A DNA stretch of 60,495 nucleotides, counting the filler. It is 4 parts of 4 records of this genome, joined end to end, with 100 filler letters (N's around TTAATTAATTAA, not from the genome) between each part and the next. Parts side by side here need not be neighbours in the genome. Positions count along the whole stretch, not along the records: positions 49,867 to 60,495 come from SRR2962707_733; 3 more parts are not named here. The stretch is one strand, 5' to 3'. Each line of letters begins with the position of its first letter. The stretch's first letter is position 1. The translations under genes and the position numbers were made by a program. Of this stretch, positions 60,444 to 60,495 are shown one piece after another. Under the pieces are notes generated by a model. The model was not told the origin of the DNA. It did not search any database and saw nothing but the letters and a program-made list of their open reading frames with translations.

Positions 60444-60495
60444 TTTAATTTTAATTGTTTGTCAGCTCCCTTATAAAGGGAAAAAAAAGAAAAAA

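Overview
This is not one locus. It is four unrelated contigs joined by artificial 100-nt spacers (N44-TTAATTAATTAA-N44) at 9431-9530, 39136-39235 and 49767-49866. Contig 1 (1-9430) is from a Bacteroidetes bacterium, probably Cytophagales-like. It carries feoAB divergent from a small operon (Cys-rich miniprotein, hypothetical protein, ferritin) across three 23-bp Fur-type palindromes, then a CBM48 protein, an M15 peptidase, an L,D-transpeptidase, a GH57/DUF3536 protein and a partial glgB. Contig 2 (9531-39135) is also Bacteroidetes. It holds a LacI-controlled starch/alpha-glucan utilisation locus (SusE/F-like, GH13-T9SS, SusC, SusD, SusA-like, GH13_7-like amylase; five CGCAAACGTTTGCG operators), a beta-propeller amidohydrolase, PadR plus an ABC permease, a frameshifted TSP3-repeat lipoprotein, a CPBP protease, a porin, nqrA-E without nqrF, and ispH. 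Contig 3 (39236-49766) is eukaryotic nuclear DNA: a 20-exon MSH6 converging on an intron-containing type II (gamma-like) PI4-kinase. Contig 4 (49867-60495) is a gene-rich, standard-code protist mitochondrial fragment that looks stramenopile-like (nad11, nad1, nad4L, rpl5, rpl14, rpl10, nad4, nad2, rps10, nad9, tatC and 10 tRNAs, all on the minus strand). The best candidate for an undescribed system is the iron module at 2035-3255: a 61-aa stand-alone protein with the exact FhuF-type CC-x10-C-x2-C [2Fe-2S] motif, an overlapping Cys/His-containing partner gene, and ferritin, sharing Fur-like boxes with feoAB. All calls were made by eye from motifs; no database searches were run.
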